From the IMG/VR virus record IMGVR_UViG_3300042197_000917, positions 1 to 24,786 of that record: a stretch of DNA of 24,786 bases; one strand, given 5' to 3'. The DNA comes from a virus. Taxonomy: Duplodnaviria; Caudoviricetes. Position numbers and translations under genes: made by a program. Shown in pieces: positions 1-6,637 of the stretch. Numbering within the stretch: position 1 is the first letter of the stretch; every line of letters begins with the position of its first letter. The notes under the pieces were generated by a model. That model worked only from the letters and a program-made list of their open reading frames with translations, was not told the origin of the DNA and made no database searches.

Positions 1-521
1 TCATCACTACATATCAAAACCATTGCATTATCGTCAAAGTTCTCCAGAGCCTTACGATAATAATCAAAGGTAGGAACTGGATGCAGATGCTCTCTTCCTA
101 CATTATCTCCGCGACGAACATGAAGGAAGATGACATTATTAAACTGATCTATAAAGTCTTCACAAGGAACTCGAATGTCATCAATGAATTCAAAGTCTTC
201 ACGGATTTCATCTTCAATATGCTTGAAGTATTTTTCCGACTGAAGATAACCATCAAGGTTTGTGTTGTCAGAAAAAGTTTCAAACAAATCCTCATCGAAA
301 TGAAAATGTGCCTCATCTCTTGTGGGATAAGGCACTTCACCAATGTTCTTAAGATGCTTCAGTTTGAATGGATGGTGAATTCCATAGTTAGCAGATCGAG
401 TACCATCCTCAGGAATGCACCATTCATATCCATGTTTAGCAGCAATGCCACGTAGAGCAGCATATTGAAAGAGTTGATTTCCAAATCTTCCATTAATACC
501 TAATCGATTATAACCAATCAT
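1..521 (-). CDS. Glycosyltransferase family 11 (alpha-1,2-fucosyltransferase-like), 3'-truncated by the window edge
   Basis: Missing from the ORF track. Manual translation from the ATG at 521 gives MIGYNRLGINGRFGNQLFQYAALRG...GYLQSEKYF...FLHVRRGD, the three GT11 motifs. ATGA overlap with the upstream ugd stop. Confidence 0.88.
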   Translation of the reverse strand, partial: MIGYNRLGINGRFGNQLFQYAALRGIAAKHGYEWCIPEDGTRSANYGIHHPFKLKHLKNIGEVPYPTRDEAHFHFDEDLFETFSDNTNLDGYLQSEKYFKHIEDEIREDFEFIDDIRVPCEDFIDQFNNVIFLHVRRGDNVGREHLHPVPTFDYYRKALENFDDNAMVLICSD

Positions 522-1633
522 AACTCAATCCAGAATACTTCTTCGTTGGGGATACCAAAGATAATTCTATCATCACATTGAGGTTTTACATAGTCCTCAA
601 CAACATAAACTTTATATCCATGATTTAAAAGGTTCAAGCACAGACGATATTGCTGACTCTCAGTAATGATATCTGTTCCTTCTTTATAGGAAACATAATG
701 AAATGCAAAAGGAAGATTCCTTTCGTTCTTCTTCATGAAATAGTTCGTGAGGAAGATTGCGTGTTCATCATTAAAATTATCAGTTGTATATCCAAGGTTA
801 TAGACAAGACCCATTTTCTTAGCGAAAGCTGCGAACGAGCGATTGTCTCTTGGCAGACATGGACCACCATATCCATAACCATACTTAAGGAACTTTCTTC
901 CTACTCGACTGTCATCACCAATAGCTCCAAGGACAGTATCAATTTCGTCTTCAAGGCCTGCGAGAGTCATGACTTCCCCAAGCATGTTTGCATAACTGAT
1001 CTTAGTGGTAAGAAAGCAATTCGTTGCAAGTTTTACAATTTCCGCTGCTTTTGTAGACATGAAATTAATCTTTGGTTCAGTTACCTGAATTGCGTGATAC
1101 ATCTCGGACAATTTATCATACACATCATTATCGTAACCTCCAATCAGAACCATGTCAGCTCTTTGAAGATCTCGAACAATTGTTCCTTGTGCAATAAATT
1201 CTGGATTATAAAATATGTTGACTCCATATTCATCTAATGCATCTTGGAATAAATCACAGTCTCCTGGATTTGTGGTGCATCCAACGATCAGAGTTTTACC
1301 TTCAACAGAAAACTCTGTGGTTTGAAAATCTTTTACTACTTCCCATACAGCACTTACATCATAATCACCAGATGGAAGTGATGGTGTTGCTACAAGAGTA
1401 AAGATAAGATCACACTGTTTAATAACTTCTACGTTATCAACAACTGCCACAAAATTCTTAGCATCATCAAGAAGTTCTACTACTTGAGGCTCATTAGTGG
1501 TAATGACTCTATTGTTCAGACCGTCAACATAATCGTGGCGGCAATCAGAAACGATAACATCATAACCTGCTTTTTCAAGAAGAAGAGCAAGGCAGATACC
1601 AAGTCTGCCTGCTCCGATGACTCCAATTTTCAT
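518..1633 (-). CDS. ugd: UDP-glucose/GDP-mannose 6-dehydrogenase family protein
   Basis: Rossmann GAGRLG, YNPEFIAQG, AEIVKLATN and catalytic GYGGPCLPRD motifs; short C-terminal domain. Confidence 0.88.
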   Translation of the reverse strand: MKIGVIGAGRLGICLALLLEKAGYDVIVSDCRHDYVDGLNNRVITTNEPQVVELLDDAKNFVAVVDNVEVIKQCDLIFTLVATPSLPSGDYDVSAVWEVVKDFQTTEFSVEGKTLIVGCTTNPGDCDLFQDALDEYGVNIFYNPEFIAQGTIVRDLQRADMVLIGGYDNDVYDKLSEMYHAIQVTEPKINFMSTKAAEIVKLATNCFLTTKISYANMLGEVMTLAGLEDEIDTVLGAIGDDSRVGRKFLKYGYGYGGPCLPRDNRSFAAFAKKMGLVYNLGYTTDNFNDEHAIFLTNYFMKKNERNLPFAFHYVSYKEGTDIITESQQYRLCLNLLNHGYKVYVVEDYVKPQCDDRIIFGIPNEEVFWIEL

Positions 1634-2370
1634 AGTTTAAATGTAGGGATGGGTTCCATTTTATGTTTGTTTTGGGAGTTGAATTTTTGAAGAACTTCAA
1701 CACCAGGACCAGTTCCGTACTCCATTGCTTCTTCCAGTTGAACATATGAAGCTCCAAGTTGATCTTCATCCGTTCTACCATCATCCCACAGACCATCCGT
1801 AGGAGCAGCGTTAATAATACGTTCGTCTACGCCAAAGTGTTTACCAAGTTCCCATACTTCAGTCTTATACAGATCTGCGATAGGAGCAATATCAACTCCC
1901 CCGTCACCATATTTAGTATAGAATCCAACACCGTAATCTTCAACCTTATTTCCAGTACCAACCACAAGTCCACCAACAGTAGTGGCAACTTGATACAGAG
2001 TCACCATACGAAGACGTGAACGACTGTTAGCAAGAGCATGTGTATTGGCACCAAACTCGCGCATAGTAAATTCAAAAGTAGCAAATACTCTTGAAAGATC
2101 AAACTTTTGTACTACAACATTACTAAAGTTTGATTCAAGCCACTCAAGGTGAGCATCAGAAAGAGTTTCTTGTTCTTCCTTTTGATAGATTGGCATTCCC
2201 AGTGCGTACACAGGAAGACCAGTCTTAGCAGCAAGAGTTGATGACACTGCAGAGTCAATGCCCCCAGAGACACCAATAACAAATGCTTTAATATTAAATT
2301 GTTCAGCGTAATCTTTCAACCAAGAAACAATGCGTGTTTCAAGTTCAGAATAGTTTTCAATGCGGTTCAT
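1630..2370 (-). CDS. nadE: NH3-dependent NAD+ synthetase
   Basis: SGGIDS PP-loop, NSRSRLRM, GTGNKVE..GFYTKYGDGG, PTDGL..DEDQLG; no glutaminase domain. Confidence 0.93.
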   Translation of the reverse strand: MNRIENYSELETRIVSWLKDYAEQFNIKAFVIGVSGGIDSAVSSTLAAKTGLPVYALGMPIYQKEEQETLSDAHLEWLESNFSNVVVQKFDLSRVFATFEFTMREFGANTHALANSRSRLRMVTLYQVATTVGGLVVGTGNKVEDYGVGFYTKYGDGGVDIAPIADLYKTEVWELGKHFGVDERIINAAPTDGLWDDGRTDEDQLGASYVQLEEAMEYGTGPGVEVLQKFNSQNKHKMEPIPTFKL

Positions 2371-3428
2371 TGTTCAGCGTGTTTTTTCTCAATTTGTTCG
2401 TTAATCCATGCGTATGTTTTAGCAATACCCTCTTCGAGAGTCATGGAGTAGTCCCATCCTAACTTAGAACGAATAAGATCGTTGTTACTATTGCGACCAC
2501 GGACACCCAGAGGAGCATCTAAAATGTATTCTTTATCAACATATTTCTCTGCAACCTTAGCCGCAGTATCTACAAGTTGATTGATAGTAACCATTTCTTC
2601 AGATCCAATATTTACTGGACCCATGAAATCACTTTCCATCATTCTGCGAGTCGCTTCGATGCATTCATCAATGTACAGGAAGGAACGAGTCTGTAAACCG
2701 TCTCCCCACACCTCGATTTTCCCGCCGGCAACTGGGAGGTAGGCCACCTTGCGACAGATCGCTGCGGGTGCTTTTTCTCTTCCACCTTCCCAGGTTCCTT
2801 CAGGACCAAAGATGTTGTGATAACGAGCAACCCGAACAGGAATCCCATGGTTACGATGATAAGCGAAAAACAGTCGCTCAGAGAAAAGTTTTTCCCATCC
2901 ATATTCAGAGTCTGGTGCAGCGGGGTATGCGGATTCTTCACGACAATCTGGATTGTCAGCATCAAGTTGATTGTATTCTGGATACATGCAAGCAGAACCA
3001 GAATAGAAAATTTTAGTTACATTCTTACCATGACGCTCATTCATCTGACGTTGCATTTCAAGAACGTTCAGATTAATTGTGCAGGAGTTATGCATGATCT
3101 CTGCATCGTTTTCTCCAGTAAAAACAAATCCTGCACCACCCATATCAGCTGCAAACTGATAGATTTCATCAAACGGTTGAACATAACGATAAGGAACTGA
3201 CTGATAGAAATTGCCAGCATCTCCTTTCCACTCCAAAACACGAGCAACGAAATCTACATCACGCAGATCTCCAACCACAAATTCATTTGCTTCTGTTTTA
3301 GAAAACTCAGGGAGTTTAAGATCCACGCCACGAACCCAATATCCTTCAGCTCGCAGTCTTTTTACCATGTGACTTCCAATGAAACCACCAGCACCAAGAA
3401 CCAGTGCCTTCTTTACATATTGACCCAT
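2367..3428 (-). CDS. NAD-dependent epimerase/dehydratase (GDP-mannose 3,5-epimerase-like extended SDR)
   Basis: GAGGFIG, AADMGGAG, SACMYP, YGWEK (YxxxK), EKAPAAICRK, GVRGRNS. Confidence 0.9.
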   Translation of the reverse strand: MGQYVKKALVLGAGGFIGSHMVKRLRAEGYWVRGVDLKLPEFSKTEANEFVVGDLRDVDFVARVLEWKGDAGNFYQSVPYRYVQPFDEIYQFAADMGGAGFVFTGENDAEIMHNSCTINLNVLEMQRQMNERHGKNVTKIFYSGSACMYPEYNQLDADNPDCREESAYPAAPDSEYGWEKLFSERLFFAYHRNHGIPVRVARYHNIFGPEGTWEGGREKAPAAICRKVAYLPVAGGKIEVWGDGLQTRSFLYIDECIEATRRMMESDFMGPVNIGSEEMVTINQLVDTAAKVAEKYVDKEYILDAPLGVRGRNSNNDLIRSKLGWDYSMTLEEGIAKTYAWINEQIEKKHAEQ

Positions 3429-3456
3429 AAAAAGTTATTAGTTATTCTCAGTATAT

Positions 3457-3485
3457 ATCATACAAAAAAAGGGAGTTGTTGTCAA
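3457..3485 (-). promoter_or_regulatory. Sigma70-type (early) promoter for the epimerase-nadE-ugd-GT11 operon
   Basis: TTGACA (3485-3480), 17-bp spacer, TATGAT (3462-3457). Confidence 0.75.
3465..3485. repeat. 21-bp direct repeat, copy 1
   Basis: AAAAAAGGGAGTTGTTGTCAA, identical to 4553-4573. Confidence 0.9.
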
Positions 3486-4519
3486 GTGCAGGGAATATGA
3501 ATAACATCCTTAAGTTGTTCTCTTGAAAGTCTTGAAAGAGACGAGAATGTCGTCGCTTTTATAGAGAAAGAAAATCTATCCATTTGAGCCAGACTTGAAA
3601 GGGGCATTACTTTATGCTTAATACTAGAATCAAAAACTATAACTCTTCCGGGTTTAAAATCAACAACCTTATGAAAAGGAGAATCTTCACTATAAAATTT
3701 TATATCACCAGCCCACATATCGTCCCATTCAAGATTTGGATATATGAGAATTGTTACTCCATTTGAACTATTTGAAACATCAACATGAGCACTTGTTGCC
3801 GTTGATTTTGTATAGTGCCCAATATAATATTGTACTAAAAACAAATCTTGCCCCAATTCATTTGCAATTCTTCTCATATATGGCATTAATCCCGTTCTAA
3901 TAAATTCTTCTTTAGATAAGTAACATGCAAATCTGGTAGTAAGATCTTTATCTTTAGAAAAACTACTACTTGCATGGGCACAAATATAATTGGAGTTACG
4001 GGTAAAAGCATACAAACTATAAACAAACTGATATGGAAATAGATTGTCCATTATTTTAATATCATTTTCAACAGAATTTTTAGAAAAAGGATTTATTCCT
4101 CTACCCAAAAGTTCTAACATAATATCATATATTTGTATGTAATAATCAGAATTTTTTGAGTTTAAAGATATAAGATTTGCTTTACAAATTTTTGTTATAT
4201 CAGATAATGTTTGAAGATCCCAATTAAAATTTCCTCTTATAATATCATTTTCTCTATCATTTAACACACACATTTTATATACTAATTCTTCTGCATACTC
4301 TCCGATTTCACTTTTTATTAAGTCCCTATCATTTTCTATTGTTTGAACAGTGACATTAAAATAACATGTGCCGTAAATTGAATGGTATAATCCGGCATTA
4401 CACAATTGTTCAGACTCATTTTGTTTTTTTAGTATTTCATATACTTCAATGCAATGGTTGATAAATTTTTCTGTTGCAATTGGAGATTGCTTTACCAATT
4501 CAATAAATCTTTTTGTCAC
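3482..4519 (-). CDS. HD-like (DUF6817-type) N-terminal domain fused to a 2OG-Fe(II) oxygenase
   Basis: N-terminal NHC..V...CNAGLYHSIYGT; C-terminal HVD...W...WAG...KPGRVIVFDSSIKH...R (HxD...H triad plus Arg). GTG start; AT-rich. Confidence 0.75.
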   Translation of the reverse strand: MTKRFIELVKQSPIATEKFINHCIEVYEILKKQNESEQLCNAGLYHSIYGTCYFNVTVQTIENDRDLIKSEIGEYAEELVYKMCVLNDRENDIIRGNFNWDLQTLSDITKICKANLISLNSKNSDYYIQIYDIMLELLGRGINPFSKNSVENDIKIMDNLFPYQFVYSLYAFTRNSNYICAHASSSFSKDKDLTTRFACYLSKEEFIRTGLMPYMRRIANELGQDLFLVQYYIGHYTKSTATSAHVDVSNSSNGVTILIYPNLEWDDMWAGDIKFYSEDSPFHKVVDFKPGRVIVFDSSIKHKVMPLSSLAQMDRFSFSIKATTFSSLSRLSREQLKDVIHIPCT

Positions 4520-4542
4520 ATTCGTTATCTAATTTAATAAAG

Positions 4543-4573
4543 TATTTATAGCAAAAAAGGGAGTTGTTGTCAA
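4543..4573 (-). promoter_or_regulatory. Overlapping sigma70-like and T4 late-type promoter upstream of the oxygenase
   Basis: TTGACA (4573-4568)-N17-TATAAA; TATAAATA at 4550-4543. Confidence 0.65.
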
Positions 4574-4578
4574 CTCCC
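4553..4578 (-). terminator. Rho-independent terminator containing direct-repeat copy 2 (4553-4573)
   Basis: GGGAGTTG-ACAA-CAACTCCC followed by T6. Confidence 0.8.
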
Positions 4579-4587
4579 CCTGTAACT

Positions 4588-4728
4588 CAGGCTCGCCACC
4601 AATTCTTTAACTGGAAATTGGAAACCAGGCGGGGTTTACCCCATCCGCACCACTTACTTTTAGGAAGTAAGAAACCATTAAATGGGTCTTTGACTCCACC
4701 ACCTAGTTTGACTGAACTAGGAAAAGTT
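4588..4728 (-). ncRNA. manA-like structured RNA motif, 3' part (three repeated modules)
   Basis: Three repeats of TTT-stem-loop-stem-GTGG: CCTAGTT/AACTAGG, CTTACTT/AAGTAAG and CCAATT/AATTGG, the first two followed by small hairpins (GTC-AAA-GAC, GGGG-TAAA-CCCC). Resembles the cyanophage manA RNA as recalled and lies upstream of nucleotide-sugar genes. Confidence 0.7.
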
Positions 4729-4936
4729 GGGATAACTTTGATATTTCGGAGATACCAAAGAATGCACATAAGAATAGTACATCCCAAAGTTTAAGTTTAA
4801 TTGCAAAAGGTATTGTAAGTAAACCTCCAACACATTTTAACAACAAACCATTTTTAAAATCTCCCCATAACATGATTTGATAACCAGTAATAAGGAAAAA
4901 GTTTCCAAGATACCTTAAGATACTTGATTTAGACAT
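4703..4936 (-). CDS. Small hydrophobic membrane protein (77 aa)
   Basis: ATG start; about three hydrophobic segments; lies between the RNA modules. Confidence 0.6.
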   Translation of the reverse strand: MSKSSILRYLGNFFLITGYQIMLWGDFKNGLLLKCVGGLLTIPFAIKLKLWDVLFLCAFFGISEISKLSQLFLVQSN

Positions 4937-4938
4937 AA

Positions 4939-4976
4939 GGGGTTTGCTCCCGACCAGTGCTGTTATAGACCATCCG
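4939..4976 (-). ncRNA. Probable 5' part of the manA-like RNA
   Basis: CGGATGGTCTATAACAGCACTGGTCGGGAGCAAACCCC; resembles the recalled 5' end of manA RNAs and overlaps the stop codon of the upstream ORF. Confidence 0.45.
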
Positions 4977-5205
4977 TGTCTTCATCATCACGCACATAAC
5001 AAGGTACACCTTCAGGATCAAGCCATTTGGTGTATTCAAAATCTTCCATAGCAGTTGCCAATTGCATTCCGTTATCACATAAGTACATGTCATGAAAACG
5101 CTTAGTCCAACTATCTGCTTTTTGAATTCGATAGTCAGGGAACCCATTATCTAGGGTTCCACATTCTACATAACGATAAGGAAATCGTTCAAGAATAATG
5201 TTCAT
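4963..5205 (-). CDS. Conserved cyanophage hypothetical protein (80 aa)
   Basis: ATGA-coupled to the upstream ORF; ERFPYRYV..YRIQK..YLCDN pattern familiar from cyanomyoviruses. Confidence 0.75.
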   Translation of the reverse strand: MNIILERFPYRYVECGTLDNGFPDYRIQKADSWTKRFHDMYLCDNGMQLATAMEDFEYTKWLDPEGVPCYVRDDEDTDGL

Positions 5206-5417
5206 GCTACTTCGACAGATTCAAGATCGTTATAGACATACTCCATGAGCATTTCATAATCATCCAAAGGATCACCAGAGAATACTACGCCTTCGCTTTC
5301 ATAGTAACGACGAACCTTTTTATAAAGTTTCGGATTCTTTACATCAAGATAGAAATCGCCGCTAGCTGCGCCACGAAGAGTTTGAATATCTTTCTTGAAT
5401 TTTGCTGTGAGAGTCAT
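5202..5417 (-). CDS. Conserved cyanophage hypothetical protein (71 aa)
   Basis: LDVKNPKLYKKVRRYY..GVVFSGDPLDDY; directly downstream of an early promoter. Confidence 0.75.
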   Translation of the reverse strand: MTLTAKFKKDIQTLRGAASGDFYLDVKNPKLYKKVRRYYESEGVVFSGDPLDDYEMLMEYVYNDLESVEVA

Positions 5418-5439
5418 TGTTTTGAATGTTGACCTTGAT

Positions 5440-5469
5440 ATTATACTAGTTTGACAGGTGACCTGTCAA
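5440..5469 (-). promoter_or_regulatory. Sigma70-type promoter with a palindrome over the -35 box
   Basis: TTGACA-N18-TATAAT; TTGACAGGT-G-ACCTGTCAA palindrome at 5451-5469. Confidence 0.7.
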
Positions 5470-5470
5470 G

Positions 5471-5543
5471 TGCTCCTTGCGAGGATCGAACTCGCCTGTA
5501 TCCGATTATGAGTCGGGTGCTTTCACCAGATAGCTAAAGAAGC
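5471..5543 (-). tRNA. tRNA with CAT anticodon (elongator Met or Ile2)
   Basis: GCTTCTT/AAGGAGC acceptor stem, CT-CAT-AA loop, GTTCGATC T-loop; lacks initiator features; no encoded CCA. Confidence 0.88.
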
Positions 5544-5545
5544 AA

Positions 5546-5618
5546 TAGGAGTGCTGGGAATTGAACCCAGACTACCCCGTTATAAGCAGGGCGCTCTAAC
5601 CGATTAAGCTACACTCCC
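5546..5618 (-). tRNA. tRNA-Ile(TAT)
   Basis: GGGAGTG/CACTCCT acceptor stem, CCCTG-CT-TAT-AA-CGGGG anticodon arm, GGTTCAATTCC T-arm. Confidence 0.9.
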
Positions 5619-5840
5619 TTATGATCCTTCTTCGTGATCAATGTGGATGCGTATGACTTCATCATCCACTTTAGCATCTTCGAATATTTCCACAACTTCT
5701 TTGTAAGGAACAATAACGGCATTTCCATGCTCGCTTGTTATAATAAATGATTCTCCATTTTCTACTCTATCCAACAAAAAATCAAAGTCTGCTTGAAATT
5801 CTTCTACAGTGAATGATTGAAGTTCTTGTGTCATTTTCAT
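5619..5840 (-). CDS. Phd/YefM-like (type II antitoxin-like) protein
   Basis: FTVEEFQADFDFLLDRVENGESFIITSEHGNAVIVP matches the Phd N-terminal pattern; acidic tail. Start set at ATG 5840 because the longer ORF runs into tRNA-Pro. Confidence 0.65.
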   Translation of the reverse strand: MKMTQELQSFTVEEFQADFDFLLDRVENGESFIITSEHGNAVIVPYKEVVEIFEDAKVDDEVIRIHIDHEEGS

Positions 5841-5853
5841 AAGTAAGTTAATA

Positions 5854-5925
5854 TCGGGGCGACAGGGATCGAACCTGTGACCTCTGGTTCCCAAAACCAG
5901 CATTCTACCGCTGAACTACGCCCCG
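5854..5925 (-). tRNA. tRNA-Pro(TGG)
   Basis: CGGGGCG/CGCCCCG acceptor stem; CTGGT-TT-TGG-GA-ACCAG. Confidence 0.93.
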
Positions 5926-6041
5926 CTGTCTTTCTTTGAATGTAAGGTCATTATACCCAAGATTGGAACCATTGTCAACAGATAACAAATGGTTCCAAGG
6001 AATATATCATTATTTAACAGAGTTACGATAAGGTGGATCAT
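5916..6041 (-). CDS. Small membrane peptide (41 aa)
   Basis: Manual translation MIHLIVTLLNNDIFLGTICYLLTMVPILGIMTLHSKKDSGA; ATGA-coupled to the upstream ORF; stop falls 10 nt inside tRNA-Pro. Confidence 0.45.
   Translation of the reverse strand: MIHLIVTLLNNDIFLGTICYLLTMVPILGIMTLHSKKDSGA
5950..5978 (-). promoter_or_regulatory. Consensus sigma70 promoter upstream of tRNA-Pro
   Basis: TTGACA (5978-5973)-N17-TATAAT (5955-5950). Confidence 0.8.
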
Positions 6042-6217
6042 TTTTCTTTAAGGAGTTCTTCTATTCTGCGACGCATGTCTTCTGTTTCTTTTTGTTCTCG
6101 TTCGCAATGCCTATATCCACGATGACCCTTGAGGATCATTGTTCCTTGATAGAACATTGTACTCGCAAAAACTAATAGGAGTATACAACCAATTAGTTCA
6201 ATGTGATTTTGAGCCAT
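6038..6217 (-). CDS. Small protein (59 aa) with an N-terminal TM helix and a charged tail
   Basis: Manual translation MAQNHIELIGCILLLVFASTMFYQG...RRRIEELLKEK. Confidence 0.55.
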   Translation of the reverse strand: MAQNHIELIGCILLLVFASTMFYQGTMILKGHRGYRHCEREQKETEDMRRRIEELLKEK

Positions 6218-6396
6218 GGCAGTAAAGGTGGAATGATACCTATGAGTCTGAGGAGACCTTCAGCAAATAAAGCAAGAACGAACCAACCGACACACATAGA
6301 AATAATTGCAGCATTGCGGTTGTGTTTACGAATTGCATCATCGATCATCTCCTGTACTTCTGAACGACTGATAAACTCATCTTGTTCTTGAATCAT
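6193..6396 (-). CDS. Small membrane protein (67 aa)
   Basis: EVQEMIDDAIRKHNRNA followed by a TM helix; ATGA-coupled. Confidence 0.7.
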   Translation of the reverse strand: MIQEQDEFISRSEVQEMIDDAIRKHNRNAAIISMCVGWFVLALFAEGLLRLIGIIPPLLPWLKITLN

Positions 6397-6542
6397 TCTT
6401 CATCTCCAAGAAATTTTGCAAGAGGATCTTTTCGGGTTTTGACAATTTCACAAGCTCGATAATAAAACATATTGTCTGTGTTACCAGACTCTTCGAAAGT
6501 TGCCTTTATCTTCACCCAGTTTTCATAGATGCGTTGATCCAT
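6393..6542 (-). CDS. Conserved cyanophage hypothetical protein (49 aa)
   Basis: Manual translation MDQRIYENWVKIKATFEESGNTDNMFYYRACEIVKTRKDPLAKFLGDEE. Confidence 0.65.
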   Translation of the reverse strand: MDQRIYENWVKIKATFEESGNTDNMFYYRACEIVKTRKDPLAKFLGDEE

Positions 6543-6637
6543 TGATTTGTAGTGATAATACTACTATATACTAATCACTATTATTCAAACGTCAAATATT
6601 GTGTTCATTGCGTAACACTGTTGAAGAAATTATTAAA

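Noticed and set aside
4588-4728. Repeated modules as a mini CRISPR array
   Set aside because: The repeats conserve structure rather than sequence, spacing is irregular, and no cas genes are present.
4587-4787. 66-aa minus-strand ORF across the RNA modules
   Set aside because: It overlaps the 77-aa ORF out of frame and runs through the structured RNA; it has no protein-like features.
5841-5903. N-terminal extension of the Phd-like ORF (likewise 8265-8396 and ORF 8568-8786)
   Set aside because: These stretches read through tRNA genes; internal ATGs explain the real proteins.
6601-6618. GTGTT-N8-AACAC palindrome resembling an NtcA site
   Set aside because: It deviates from GTA-N8-TAC in both halves and has no TAN3T box at the usual 22-23 nt spacing; it may bind another factor but cannot be supported.
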